A DNA stretch of 64,000 bases from Octopus vulgaris (Eukaryota). The position numbers and the translations under genes are program-made. The first letter of the stretch is position 1, and every line of letters starts with the position of its first letter. The stretch is taken from assembly GCA_951406725.2 (NCBI GenBank), contig OX597832.1:3658001-3722000 (forward strand), written 5' to 3'. This document shows positions 25,350 through 39,656 of this stretch, in pieces. The notes below the pieces were generated by a model that was given only the letters and a program-made list of their open reading frames with translations, did no database searches and was not told the DNA's origin.

Positions 25350-26640
25350 GTAACCGGTTTGATAACACTCCGCACCAGACCACAACCAGTGGTCTTGCAT
25401 AAGATGTATTTTTATTCTTTCTGCTATTTTGGCCCTTCTATGTTCTTATCTATCCTTATTTCGTATTGAGGACTTTCAAGACACGTCCTGCTGTTTCAAG
25501 TAAATAAGTTTTCTGCAACCGCTCTTCTATTAAATTCTAACTTTCCAAAGTCGACTCTGGTATTTATCGTCTGTTTCCCAAGTTCTTATAGATAATTAGT
25601 GGACGCATGACCTTATCAACATTTATATTCTAGCATTTGAGAACATTTTTACTTCAAATTTGTGTAATATATTACTTTTCCTTTTTCTGTTTACTTAACT
25701 CAGCTATCAAATGGGTATGCTGCGGCAATTACAAGATACTTTCTTCATATCGACGTTCAATAAGGTGCATTCCAAAGCAAACTCATTTAATCGTTTTCAA
25801 GAGCTTTTTTTTTTCTGTGCCGACAAACTAGGTCTTTTTCTGTGTATACAAAACCGAACATCTTGCAAATAATTCTAGTGAATTATTGCAACAATCTTAT
25901 CTTACACAATTTTACGAACTTTGAATGGATTCTGAGCATACTGAGCTATAACTGAATGTTTTCTTACACATTCTACATAAAGGTGAATGGTTCCGCTTAT
26001 TTATCACTCTCTTGATCCATTTTAATCTTACAGGCGGCTTCTGTGCTGCTAAAATTAATCCCCCAATTGTTCTTGTCATTCTTTATTGAAAGCACAGAAT
26101 GGCATTTTTTCTTTCAAATTTTAACATATTTTTCACATTTCCTGTATTGTTTTTCTTTGTGATCCCTACCAGCTCCGTTAAAAACAGATCTCTTACACGG
26201 ACTTAGGAATAACTTCCTCCTTTTTCAGAGAATGTCTCCGGTTTGATTACTCTAAACGAACAATCACTATAAAAAATTCATAAATCTCTCCTTTCTGTTC
26301 CCTTCCGGTATAAAGGCTCACATCTGGTTGGAGATTCAGGCTGCTGTACAGTGGGAGTCACTTTCTCGTCTTAATGTCGTAATTTTTCAATTTATCCTTT
26401 CTCTACTCAATCATTGCTGCCCCATAACTTATTAGTGATACTGCCCTTGAGTTGATTGTTAGTATGTTATTTCCTGGATTTTGAAATCTTTTAATTCTAA
26501 GGAGATATTCTTTACTAAGGACTTCCTTCATTTATGTACTTTTAATTTTATCCCTTTCTGGTTCTCCACAATCGTTGTGGTCTATTTTATAGACAAACCA
26601 CTTTCCCTAAATTTCTCACCTCATGTCTATTATTTTTGCG
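25350..26640 (-). mobile_element. Old R4/Dong-like (RLE) LINE relic
   Basis: GLILAAQ, SPLCRMCK and DKIVAIIH fragments similar to the better preserved copy at 27045-27735. Confidence 0.55.
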
Positions 26641-26979
26641 GCTTTTAATTGCGACTCTCTATACTCTTGGTTCCAACAGAGGGCAACTTTGCTTTTCATC
26701 CTTTCGAGGTTGATAAAATAAAGCAACAACGAAGAGCTGGGGTCAGTGCTTGGTTGCCCCTGGGTCATTCTTCCTCTATTGCGGAATATTTTTTCAAACT
26801 TTCTTGTTATTGCTTCTATTGTTTACACGTGTTTATATAAATCCTACTCTTCTGCCCGTGATCAGAGATGCACATATCGTCAGCCACTAAGGAACATGCT
26901 CAACTGGTTAAGGTCAAACAACTGACTAGCAAATCTGTGGCACTGAGCAGAATATTTGCTGTAGCCCATCTTTTATCCT

Positions 26980-27735
26980 TCGTAAACAGTCTAGGTAAAA
27001 ATGCACCGAAGTCTTTAGTCATCTATCAAGTCACAACAAGGACCTTAGACAGATAATACTTTACTTAAGATGTGCGCTATGCCCAGTAAGGCTGCTTTTT
27101 GCAAAACATCAATCTTGCATGGGATTTCCAGTTGCCTTAAGAAGTCTTGAAGTTTCCGTGGGATTGAGCCCAACACTCCGATCACCACTAGTATCACATT
27201 AACATTACCCTCTCGCATTCCATACAGTCTTGCCATTTCCACTCTCAGTTCGGAGTACTTGGTGATTTTTTCAACCTCTTTACTCACAATATTCATGTAA
27301 TTTGGTACGGCTACATCAATGACCTGACAGTATTTGTCTCTCTTACTCAATGTTACAATATCCGGCCGACAATGTTCGATTACACGGTCCGTCTGAAAAT
27401 CATAGTCCCAGAGTATCGTTACTTTTCCGTCCTCCTGCTTAACTTTACTTAGTACATGCTCTTACTACTTCTCTATTACTTCATTTTGGTATTTACGGCA
27501 TAAGAGCCAATGAAGATACACACATTTTATCGTGGCGGCGGTTGTATTCTTTTTTATGCAAGGCTCTCACAAGTGGACCACATTTTCCACATTCTTTCCA
27601 CAGAGTCTGCATTTCAAAGTGTCAGAAGTTTCATAGATGTTATACTTCACTGAATTGGTAGCGAGAGCCTGGTCTTGTGCAGCAATGATCAAGCTTTCGA
27701 TGGTACGCTTCAAATCATCTCGGTCTAGCCATGCT
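26980..27735 (-). mobile_element. R4/Dong-like LINE 3' fragment (Zn knuckle and restriction-like endonuclease)
   Basis: ESLIIAAQDQAL, KCRLCG, RRHD, TILWDYDFQTDRVIEHCRPDIV, IDVAVP, EKITKY, LQKAALLG.AHIL. Confidence 0.88.
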
Positions 27736-27804
27736 CACGATGCTGTATTATTCTTAACATCCTGTGTTAAGAATAATACACTGACTGGTACTGCATCAGG
27801 GCAT

Positions 27805-28310
27805 TTATTATTATTAATCAGTTTTATTTTTATAGCGAGCGCAGCTCTATGCCTTGGGTATGTGTTGTGATTTGTTGTGGTGCTCTGATGGTTACTGTAT
27901 TGAAAGTGTTTTGCGTAGGATATGTGCAGTGTCCAGTAGTGCAATTTTCTGTATGTTATATGAGTTTGTAATCCTGGTGTTTTTTGTTATGTATTTGTCT
28001 GAATATTTTTTTATCATACCTAATGCGCCTACTATGATAGGAATTGTTTCTGTTTTTAGATTCCACATTCGAGTTACCTCTATTTCCAGGTATTTTGAAA
28101 GTTTCTCCATTTCTTTTAGAGATACGTTGTCATCTGCTGGTATTGATACATCAATTAGAAAGCATTTTTTTTTTTGTTCATGATCTCTGACAACTATATC
28201 TGGCCTGTTGCCCTTAATTTCTCTATCTGTATGTATTGGCATATCCCAGAGTATGGTTGCTTTCTCGTTTTCTGTGACATTTTCTGGTGTGTGCTTATAC
28301 CATCTTTTTT
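27805..28310 (-). mobile_element. Second R4/Dong-like LINE 3' end with (TAA)n tail
   Basis: WYKHTPENV...ILWDMPIHTDREIKGNRPDIV...LIDVSIP...EKLSKY...QKIALL.TAHILRK; cut at its 5' side by the SINE at 28312. Confidence 0.9.
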
Positions 28311-28311
28311 C

Positions 28312-28515
28312 TGAGCGGGCAGAATCGTTAACACGCTTGACGAAATGCTTAACGGTATTTCGCCCGTCGCTACGTTCTGAATTCAAATTCCGACGAGATA
28401 GATTTTGCCTATCATCATTTCGGGGTCAATAAAATAAGTACCAGTTGAACAATGGGGTCGATATAATCGACTCATCTCCATCTCCCCCAAGCTGCCCTTG
28501 TGTCAAAAAATTGGA
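28312..28515 (+). mobile_element. SINE family B followed by (AAT)n
   Basis: GAGCGGGCAGAATCGTTAACACGC head and TTCGGGGTCAAT core. Confidence 0.8.
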
Positions 28516-28563
<48 letters not shown>

Positions 28564-28599
28564 TAATGATAAAAATAATAATAATTATAATAATAATAA

Positions 28600-29715
28600 T
28601 TCTTTTATTAGACACAAGGGCTTACATAAAGCATTAAAGGACAAGCAACAGCAAAAAAGACAATACCAGACGAGACAAAGGGTTTTCAGCGTCTAAACAC
28701 TATATAACAATGACAATTAAACAATATAAAACTCCCAAAAGGGAGGCGCTTTAAAGGTCCTCGTGGAAAACCCCACAAAAACCACGTGTGCCTGATCAAC
28801 AGGGCAAGAGCTCTTCTCCTTTTATCTTTCTCAGAATTGGTCCTTTTACACTGGGTATTCTTCCAACATCCACCCATCTTTCAACAAACTTATTAGAAGG
28901 CAACACTTACCTCTTCACCCCAACTTTCTTCTTCAAATGAAACTTGAAGAAGTTGATGAGGGCTTGGCCAAAGAGGAAAGTGTCTGACTTTAGCCCTTTC
29001 AAACGGGTCCACCATACAACCTCTTTCCCCACAGCCACCAGACAAATAAAAATTGCCTGTCCCCACCAACCAAAGGAGAGCCGCAGGGCAATTTTCACTA
29101 TGGATTCAGCTGATAGCCGGATCTGTCCTAGACGCGAAAGCAGGTGTTCGACATAAATCCACAGGTCAGCAATGCTTGAGTACTGCACGAGGGCGTGCAG
29201 AACGGTTTCCATCGCTCTGCGCGCACCTTGGGCAGGCCCGGCTGACAATACTTCCGTGCTTGTAAAGTTTATCCCGAACAGGCAGCGCCCCTCGGTAGCA
29301 CTGTTAGGTGAGGGATTTCTGGAGGTTGTCCATAGGCCCCGGCTCGAAAGTCCTCCGAAACAGACCGGTCTGCAGATCTTCGTCGACGCCCAGAGTTTCC
29401 CCGAGAATATCGTCGCACTTTCCCTCCACTAACCCTCTATATAACGCTACCACCGACCGCATTGCTCACCTGGCGGATGGCTGTGAGGGGTTGGCGGCAC
29501 TCGAGATGCCAAGCGCTCCTTCTCGGTCTACGCCTAATCCAGGTTTGCAGCTCAATCAAAGAAACGAGCTGTGGAAAAGTGAGTCTGTCAAACGGCAACC
29601 ACACCTGCTCACCATCAAGGAAACGCTGGAGATGCCGTACCCTGAGCGCATGCCTGCGCATCAGCAACCACGACTTGCCTAGCCCTCCATTCAGCGGCTG
29701 ACCAGTGGAATGCGC
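28600..29715 (-). mobile_element. Tx1/L1-clade LINE ORF2 3' fragment, degenerate
   Basis: Zn-finger remnant ETVLHALVQ...LW..VE.LL and C-terminal FVERW; GC-richer than its flanks; (TAA)n on both sides. Confidence 0.7.
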
Positions 29716-29718
29716 CCC

Positions 29719-29777
<59 letters not shown>

Positions 29778-30336
29778 ATTGAATGAGAGAGCTGTGCATG
29801 CCATCAAAGTGACACTGGGATAAAATATACGAAACCCAGTATACCCATCATAATTACCCGTCTGATAAGGGTACACTAGACACATGCATCACAACCATAT
29901 GTGCGCGACATGGTGATCTCATATCAAGATAAACAGCACATGACCTTGCAGGTGGGGCTCAGTTAAAATTTTCTTCTGGTCGAGTAACCAACCTGCTCAA
30001 TAGGTCCCTGAATAAGGGTTGTTTAAGGATGTTGAATGGACCACCCAGGTTTCCAGACGTGAATTATTCAAACTCCAAAGAATCCCTCTCAACACATGGC
30101 TATGATACTCGCTCACTATTTCTCCTCGTGATCACAGACGCACATATCGTCAGCCACTAAGGGATATGCTCAACTGGTTAAGGTCAAACAACTGACAAGC
30201 AAATCTGTGGTATTGAGCAGAATATTTGCTGTAGCCCATCTTTTATACCAAGACAAAAGAATGTACATGATAACACTTCCAGTCAGTTAGGATAATACTT
30301 TCAGTCAGTTAAGATTAACACTTCCAGTCAGTTAAG

Positions 30337-30338
<2 letters not shown>
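29778..30338. mobile_element. Non-coding interspersed element flanked by (TTA)n
   Basis: Partial homologues at 26845-26975 (same strand) and 20480-20555 (opposite strand); ends in three copies of TAACACTTCCAGTCAGTTAAGAT. Confidence 0.7.
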
Positions 30339-30426
<88 letters not shown>

Positions 30427-30427
30427 C

Positions 30428-30645
30428 ATAGGGATGTTGCCTTGGTGTTTGGTGTCAATAAGTCTCCTAAAATCTCAAAAATCTGTCTTCTGTATTCTGC
30501 AAGAATACAGAATTGCACTTTTCTGAAGGTCGTCAATGTGACTCTCAATTCTAATATTCTTCAACCTCTTAGGTAATAGTTTGGGTCTTATTTCAAGTGC
30601 ACCAGTTACCATAAGAATAATTGTCTTAGTCTTCCATAATCTTTT
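30428..30645 (-). mobile_element. Third R4/Dong-like LINE 3' tip with (CTA)n/(TAA)n tail
   Basis: RLWKTKTIILMVTGALE...LQKSAIL matches the RLE C-terminus of the neighbouring copies. Confidence 0.65.
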
Positions 30646-30940
30646 TTGTCAATCAATTGATTTTATTAGGGTTATTTCTCTTGCTTGCTCTTAGATTTTA
30701 ACATCTTTTGAGAGAGTTTTTGTTGTCTAATTGCCAGTAAATTGAAATTTTCAACTCATTACATATGGAAAATCTTTTTATATTTAGAATGGGAATAATT
30801 CATTAATGTAAGCTACGTCAACACCTAGCTTCTAACATCTATGATTAAAATAAAGTTTGTGAAAGATTAGGCTATTATGCTGTAGGCCTTTTAGAGTAGA
30901 AATCAAACAGAACATGGTGTAATAAACAGTTCATTAAATG

Positions 30941-31200
30941 CTTGGCCTAGTGGTTAGAGTATTGCACTTACGATCGTGAGATTGTGGATTCCATTCCCGG
31001 ACCATGCGGTGCGTAGTGTTCTTCAGCAAAACACTTCATCTCATACTGTTCAGCGTTCACTTCGACGTTTGACATGCCACACCGTACACCTGTACAGGTA
31101 ATATCGATTTGATGGAAGACATGAGCTAATGTACAACAAACATTTTATCACTATAAACAAATCATCTGTACAGCTTGTTCAGCAAGAAATTACAGAACCG
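30941..31200 (+). mobile_element. Diverged SINE with family C-like tRNA head
   Basis: TGGCCTAGTGGTTAGAG...GATTCCATTCCCGGACC...GTGTTCTTCAGCAAAACACTT. Confidence 0.65.
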
Positions 31201-31775
31201 TTTCTCGGATCTAGAGACTACAATTATTACCATCAAATGCACTATATTAATACTATCCCCAATGAAGACATTATCTTAATCTTTTTCGTGCGTTGATTAC
31301 AAGAAGTTAAAGAAAGAGTAAACCTAACTTCTTTTGAATAAATTACATCCAATTTTAAAAATGTCTATCATTTTAATCCTTCGGAAATTTATTTAATGAC
31401 TTGAAACGTTAGTTTATCAATCCCAAGGGTATATAAAATTTAGTTACCTCTACCAGAACCTTGACACCCTAAATTTGGCATCCTGTTGATACACTGTCAT
31501 TCACCATTAATTTTCCTGTTTGTTGTTTTATTTTATTTTAATAATTTATGTAATTACTGTTATAAAAACTAAATTGACTTCCGTCATCTTATCGCTTTCA
31601 AATCAACATGAGATCACTTTACAAATAACGATACATTAAAATTTTCCACGATAAAACTGTCAGCTTTAGCAAGTAAAGAAATCGGAAGAATATTAGGATA
31701 CAAAGGAAGAATTATTGCGTGTAGCATTCCAGCCGATGTTTAAATCCCCATTCTCCATACTTGAAATTAACATTC

Positions 31776-31865
<90 letters not shown>

Positions 31866-31875
31866 CAAAAGACGC

Positions 31876-34855
31876 AACAAGGATATCCAGAGGTAATGCA
31901 GTACGATCGTTTCATACAACCCACTCCATTTAATTGAACAATGCAATCATTACATCAATTTAAAATGTAGAGCAATCTTCAGCTGCACAAAGACATAAAA
32001 TTTAATTAAAATAGAACAGATGGACACATTAGTATAATTATACCTAAAATCTCCAAGAAGTTAAGGAGATAGACAAAGAACATGTACCTACAACATCATA
32101 GCCGTAACTAAACATTTTCAAGAAGACACTGCCTGTCACTGATTTTTTTTTTTATGGGGTCATTTTAAAACATTTAGTGTACAGATAGCATACCCTACAA
32201 CATTAATTTTTCTTTTAGTTTATACTAGGTATAAATGATTAAAGACACAAGCTAATTAAGTAAATAAACAATTTTTAATTTCTTGAATTATTGTATGTTT
32301 TATAAATCTTCTCTATTGAAGTTGCTAAGTTGTATATATACTTCATCATGATTTTAGTGATTAATCTATTTTATATCTTTTTCCTGTGGTGTCTTCTACT
32401 CTACCCTATCCTTTTAATACTTTATAATTACCTTTATAAAAACCTAAATTTTTGTACCCTTATAAATCCATACTTAGCTTATAAAAAATAATATGGGCAT
32501 TTTCACAATTTAAAATTAAACTGTCAAAATTAAACTGCCTAAATTATAAAATAACTAATTTATTGTATATTTATTCTCTCACCTAAATGGTAAATCTTTC
32601 TGATAACCTTAAATTTTAACCTTATACAAAAAAAATGACATATTGTTTAAAATAGTTTTAGTAATTAGGTTTTTTTATCCCTGTCTTAAAATGTTCCACC
32701 CTCTTAACCTTGGTATTTATATTGGCTTTATACAAATAGCCCTTCCAATTAAGAACCCCTAAGAAATTGTAATATCATTTATGGATTAACACAAATAACT
32801 TTTGAAATCTATATTATACCTCTTAATTTAATATTAGTATATGGTTAGCTTGTCCTTTTAGCAAAAATTACCTTTTCAACTAATACCTGGTTTCAGACCT
32901 GATTATAGTAAGCTAAATAAGTTAATTAACAATTTTAGCTCATAAATTATTATACATTTTCTATAAATACATGCTATTGGAGTTAATAAGGTATGAATAT
33001 TTTATTATTTTATTATGGTTTTTAGTGCTAACTGATAATTTTATTATTGTTGTTATTGTTATCTTTATAGCAGACTCAAATAAATCTAATCATTGTACCC
33101 CTATTAATTCATACTCAGCTTATATAAAGTAATACTGGTATCTCCACAACTTAAAATTAGTTCAATTTTAATTAAATCAGTATATAGGTGACATGTTCTT
33201 TAACCTCAGTTGCCCCCACCCCTTATTAATTACCAGTTAAATCTATTTGCTCAATTTCCATGGAAACCATATAAGTTAATATTTTAGAAAAGTAATAAGT
33301 ATATAAAAATTAATCTATTTCTTTGCAATTTCCTTTTCCTCCCTCTATTGTGGTAAAAATTTGGTATATACTCATAATATTCAAGAAGTGGTATCCTTTT
33401 GTTAAAATTTTCATTCTTAATAATCTTCTTGATTACCCTAAATTTTAACCTTATACTGTATGACAATAATTGTTTGAAATGATCTTTAAATGATTTTCCT
33501 CTTTCTTAAATGGCTCTACCCTCCTGATCTTAGTATTTATAAGGACCTTTATATAAATAAAGAAGTACCACTAAGAAACTATAAATATCATGTAGGGAGT
33601 AATAATAATAACTTCTTAAACCTATAGAATAACCCTAAATTAAAAAAAAAAGATTAGTGTAAAATAGAATTTTTCCATAACTTAAATATTCCTTTAACTG
33701 ATACCAAACATCAGTCTTTTATAGATATTAGCTAAATAAGTAAATATAATTGTTAGTCTAATATATTTTGAATTATTATCCTTTTTTTCTAAAAACCTTC
33801 TCTATTGGTGTTGACAAGCTGCATATACTTTACCATAGTATTAGTAATTAAGCCGTTTTATTCCTTTTCTATGGTGTTCTGCTCTTGATTATTTTATTTA
33901 GCTTATAATTAGCCTTTATTTATTTATAAAATTATTCTAAGTTTTGTATCTCTATAAATTCATACTTAGCTTATATAAAACTATTCACTGCTTATAAAAA
34001 TACTGCTTAGATTAAAATTTTTATTAATATATAATTAGCATATACTTTTACCTCAATACTTCTTTATAACTACCAATAAATATCATTTAATCAATATTCA
34101 CAGATATCATCTGATGAGTTAGTATTTAAGTATACAATATGTAGAAATATTAAACTATTTCTATATAATTTCTTTTCCTCTCTCTAACATGGTAAAAGTT
34201 TGATATTTATTCAAAAGTATTCATAAATTTCTAGCCTTTTGTTACAATATTCTTCTTAATAATCTTTTGAATAACCCTAAACTTTAATTGTATACAATAT
34301 AGCAACACTGTTTTAAAGTATTTAACTATAATGCTACAGGATAAGACTTCCCCTATTTCATTATCAATAGTCTGCTTTGACCCCTTAATTATCAGCTAAC
34401 ATCTTGTTTTAAGTTTTCCCTTACTAAACCTCATGACATTGCTTCTAATAAATTTTGATTTATATGACTATACCATCTAGAATGTCTGTCTACTCCCTCA
34501 ACCCTACCGCAAACAGATACTGCCCTCTGTTTCTCTCGGCCTTAAATATACAAAGGATTTGATAAACTAGTCTACAAATTAAAAATGACCCCATAAAAAA
34601 ACAAAAAATCAAATTTTTAGTTACGGCTATGCTATTGTATGTACAATATGTTCTTTGTTTATCTCCTTAACTTCTTGGCGATTTTAGGTATAATTATACT
34701 AATGTGTCCATCTGTTCTAATTTAATTAAATTCTATGTCTTTGTACAGCTGAAGATTGCTCTACATTTTAAATTGATGTAATGATTGCATTGTTCAATTA
34801 AATGGAGTGGCTTGCATGAAACGATCGTACTGCATTACCTCTGGATATCCTTGTT
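31876..34855. mobile_element. 3-kb PLE-type element with ~290-bp inverted termini carrying hammerhead-like folds
   Basis: 31876-32168 is inverted at 34579-34855; CAG-CTGAAGA-[long]-GAAAC-GATC-GTA-CTG in both arms; interior of diverged ~830-bp repeats. Confidence 0.75.
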
Positions 34856-34947
34856 ACTTATTTTGATTTTAATTACCTTATTTTGAAATTGAATGGATAA
34901 TACCGTACTAAATTCTGGTGCCTCAACTTAACTACCATATTCATCTG

Positions 34948-35329
<382 letters not shown>

Positions 35330-35564
35330 TCCATCATCTGTTTGATTTCTGCTCTAAAAGGCCTACAGCATAATAGCCTAATCTTTCACAAACTTTATTT
35401 TAATCATGGATATTAGAAGATAGGTGTTGACGTAGCTAACATTAATGAATTATTCCCATTCTAAATATGAAAAGAAGTTCCATAAGTAATGAAATATACA
35501 CACACATACACACACGCACACATACATACATACATACAAACATACATACACACATATGTGTGTG

Positions 35565-35612
<48 letters not shown>

Positions 35613-35900
35613 ATTCAATATACAAAAATATTTCTAATATTTTCGGTATGTGGTTTTGAGCAACTTGTTGCAATTAACCCTTTATTATAATTAATATAAT
35701 TCTTACCAAATATGGTCTTTTCCATACCTATAAATCTACTATGTGAAATTTATTAATTTTATTAAAATAATTATATTTCACCCTTTTTTGTATATTGAAT
35801 ACTATCGCTCCCTTACAAGAAATCTACGAAACTTCGTTTCGTTGGTAATGTTTTTGTAACTCACGTGGTAATATTGGAGGGAGATACGAATTCGCCTGTC

Positions 35901-35974
35901 TATATAAATGTAGGGATGCTAGCAGTCCGTTAGATCGTTCGATATCGTTGGTCGAGCCGGTGTAACGGGTGAGT
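35901..35974 (+). promoter_or_regulatory. Candidate TATA promoter, mini-exon and splice donor inside the module
   Basis: TATATAAA at 35901, Inr-like GCAGT ~33 nt later, ACGG|GTGAGT at 35969; the same order is seen on - at 49231 and 49117. Confidence 0.4.
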
Positions 35975-36009
35975 TTTTTTCCCTAGCATTTCTAGATTTA
36001 TAGGAAATA

Positions 36010-36065
36010 TTATATTGACAAGGAAATGAGCCTTCGGTTCTAATCCAGAAACGATTTGTCTATAA
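36010..36065 (+). ncRNA. Type I hammerhead ribozyme with U3:A8 core variant
   Basis: TTATA-TTGACAA-GGA.GAGCC(TTC)GGTTC.TCCA-GAAA-C(GATTT)G-TC-TATAA: 5-bp stem I and GUC triplet. Confidence 0.65.
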
Positions 36066-36843
36066 TTAATCCGTAGGCTGGGATTTCGTTATTTTCTTTC
36101 TTTTTACCATATACGGGTTACAAATTCTGTTTGTTTGTGGAGACATTTATTAGTAGGAGAAATAGTGATCAATTTGGCTGCTATTTCTAATATTTTCGGT
36201 ATGTGGTTTTGAGCAACTTGTTGCAATTAACCATTTATTATAATTAATATATATTTATATATATATAAATGCTAGTGCATTTGGTTATGCATGTGTGTTT
36301 AGCGCCGAAAGGCTCTGAAACTGTGAACCCTCGAGAAAAACGAATTTAATTTTCGAAATTAATGTTCTAAAGAGAAAGTTGTTCGTAAATAATAATAAAA
36401 GATATAATTTGCTACGAGAAAAGATTCAATTTAGACCGACATCCCTCCCACTCTCTATCTGTTACCACTAATCTATCTCTCTATATATTCTTCACTGTCG
36501 TTATCTCTTCCTCCCTCCATCTCCCCTCTCTCTTTGTATATATATTATCTCATATTGCTTTCATTTTGTTTAAAGCCTCGTCTAATGTTTACTTTCATTT
36601 TATGATACACGGCTATTATGCACAAATCCTACTTTCTGATTGGATAGAAATGACCAAACTTGAAACCTCTTTAACATTTTTCTAAATTTTCTCTGGAATG
36701 AATCACGAAATTGGATTCACCATGAAAAATTACATCAATATACTAAATTTGAAAATTGTCACTTAATTTTGAAATTTCAAAACCTGTGACAGCAACAGGA
36801 AAGATCCCCCTCTCGCACTCTCTCCTCCCCTCTCTCTTTCTTG

Positions 36844-36931
<88 letters not shown>

Positions 36932-38074
36932 TTCTTTCATTTTCGCTTTTCACATAGTATACTGTACTCCTCTCTATATATATTACACACTCTCTCTCAG
37001 CACCACTTGTAGCTCTACGATTTTCAGAGAGGCATAAACGTAAACATACACACATACACACGTCCGTACACGCGCGCGCGCATGTGTAGGAAAATAGTTC
37101 TTTTCACACGAGTGAGAAGCATGGAAACCGAAGTTGAAAATTTACTTGAATCCTTTAAAAAGATTTATGACTGAGTATATGCGTGTATGTGTGCACGCAC
37201 AGATATACTTATGTTTAGACTCAACGCTCGAATAGTTATTTGAGTTAAATGTTCCTACTCAGAATATAACAATACTACACCCTTTTTGTAATATATTTCT
37301 GTCATCACGCAAAACAAATGATAGTTGTTTGTGCACCTGACGAGTGAATAATCCAATCATAATATAATTTTTTTAAACAATTCAAATTATAATGTACTGC
37401 ATTGAGAGATGAATTGACAACTCATTGCTTGTAACGTATATTACCATTCAGATTGAATTATTTTATCAAGTAACTTGAGTTTCACGTCATAACAATCTCC
37501 AGACGAGAACTGTTTCACTTATTTTATACACACTGGATTGCATGACCACTGTTTGTTTTCTAATGTTATTTTAATATGTTGATTTTTTCTGTGTATTATG
37601 TGGCTATTATTTTTATTGGTTTTCGATGTTGTTTCGTTACCTCGTTATTCTGTATTTTAGGCCTAATCATTTGCTAAATTGTTATTTGTATTATGATCTC
37701 CTTTGTTGTCTTTACTGTTGTTTATCTAAATACCCTTTCCTTTTGAATTTGAATTTTGTGCTTTTAAATATATACACACACACACACACATTTTATTACC
37801 GATCTCTTTGGTTAATTTTTATATCCTGTTTACTTATTTTCTTGTTGCTTAATTTTTGTTTTATAATTCAACTAGATTGTTTGAAATTGTTTCTTTTAAT
37901 TTCGTTATGGTTTGCTGGTTGGTAGTGGTGGTTTTTCTGACATCCTGTTTTTCTAAGCTCAGTTCGGTCGTAATTTATTCGTTGTTTTTTTTTTAGTTAT
38001 GGATTGGTGAATACGAATTACTGTTCAGTATATCTTTTATTATTGAAATATAATTCTTTACGTGTGGTAACACA

Positions 38075-38145
<71 letters not shown>

Positions 38146-38151
38146 TGTATA

Positions 38152-38472
38152 GGCCCCCCTTCAGTCATGAATGATCTTGGGATTGCACTTAAAATGTTAT
38201 CTTCTGAGACACAAGTACGGGCAAGGTTGTTTATGGAAGACTAGCAGTCGCCCATGCGTACTAGCCTCCTGTCCACCGATGTTATCCAAGGGAAAGGAAA
38301 AGGCCGATACAGTTTGGTACTATTAACGTTGCAAATCATTTCTATAGCTGGGAGAAGGGGAGCAATGTGAAATAAAGTGTTTTGCTCAAGAACACACACA
38401 GAGCCCTACTGGGATTCGAACTCACTACTTGATGGTTGTGTTTCCGACGCTTTAATCACTGAGTCATGCGCC
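38152..38472 (-). mobile_element. SINE family C
   Basis: Homologous to 13580-13902. Confidence 0.85.
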
Positions 38473-38476
38473 TCCA

Positions 38477-39120
<644 letters not shown>

Positions 39121-39129
39121 ACATACATA

Positions 39130-39610
39130 TATGGGTACAGGACATCAAAAAACCGTAGACAAAATGAAACGAGAACAAAAAGCAAAAACATAGAAAATGA
39201 ATTTCTTTTCGAACAACGAAAGAAACAAACAAACAGAGAAACGAGACAGGCAACATAAAGAACATTCCCTTCATCAGTTGTGCTCTGTTTTATCTACTCC
39301 GCGTTTCGAAGGTAGGGACAAGACGTGACTTCGTTAAGACAGTCCTTCCTACAAAGCAAATTAAATAAAATTTGGGATTTTTTTGCGGAGGGTGTAAGTG
39401 GTAACAAAAACAGGACAGTGAGAACAAAACAGTAAAAACAAGCGGTAAGGGCTGTTAAGCCATGACGATGTGAAGTGGTGAATGCTGGAAAAATGAGCTT
39501 TGAGAAGAGACATATAAAAGTACATCTTGTCTTTAGGAAGTAAGTGGAAGAAAGAAAGATGGATGGCCGTTGGTCACGTGAGAGCAACGAGAGAGTCAAG
39601 GAGGAAGAGT

Positions 39611-39656
<46 letters not shown>

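Larger units (their letters stand above)
35629..36251 (+). mobile_element. PLE pseudo-LTR-like module with 70-bp terminal direct repeats
   Basis: 35629-35698 recurs at 36182-36251 with one mismatch; shares TTGGCTGCTATTT...TTTC.GTATGTGG with the module at 48715-49450; (TA)n flanks. Confidence 0.7.

Noticed and set aside
27892-28386. 164-aa ORF as an intact gene
   Set aside because: Chimeric: its N-terminus is antisense SINE sequence fused to a LINE endonuclease fragment.
34105-34160. CTGATGAG core-like word
   Set aside because: No matching stem II, GAAA or stem III.
39255-39345. CTGATGA and GAAAC motifs on - (also at 51480-51530) as a type II hammerhead
   Set aside because: Stem I and stem II could not be paired consistently in both copies; left unresolved.
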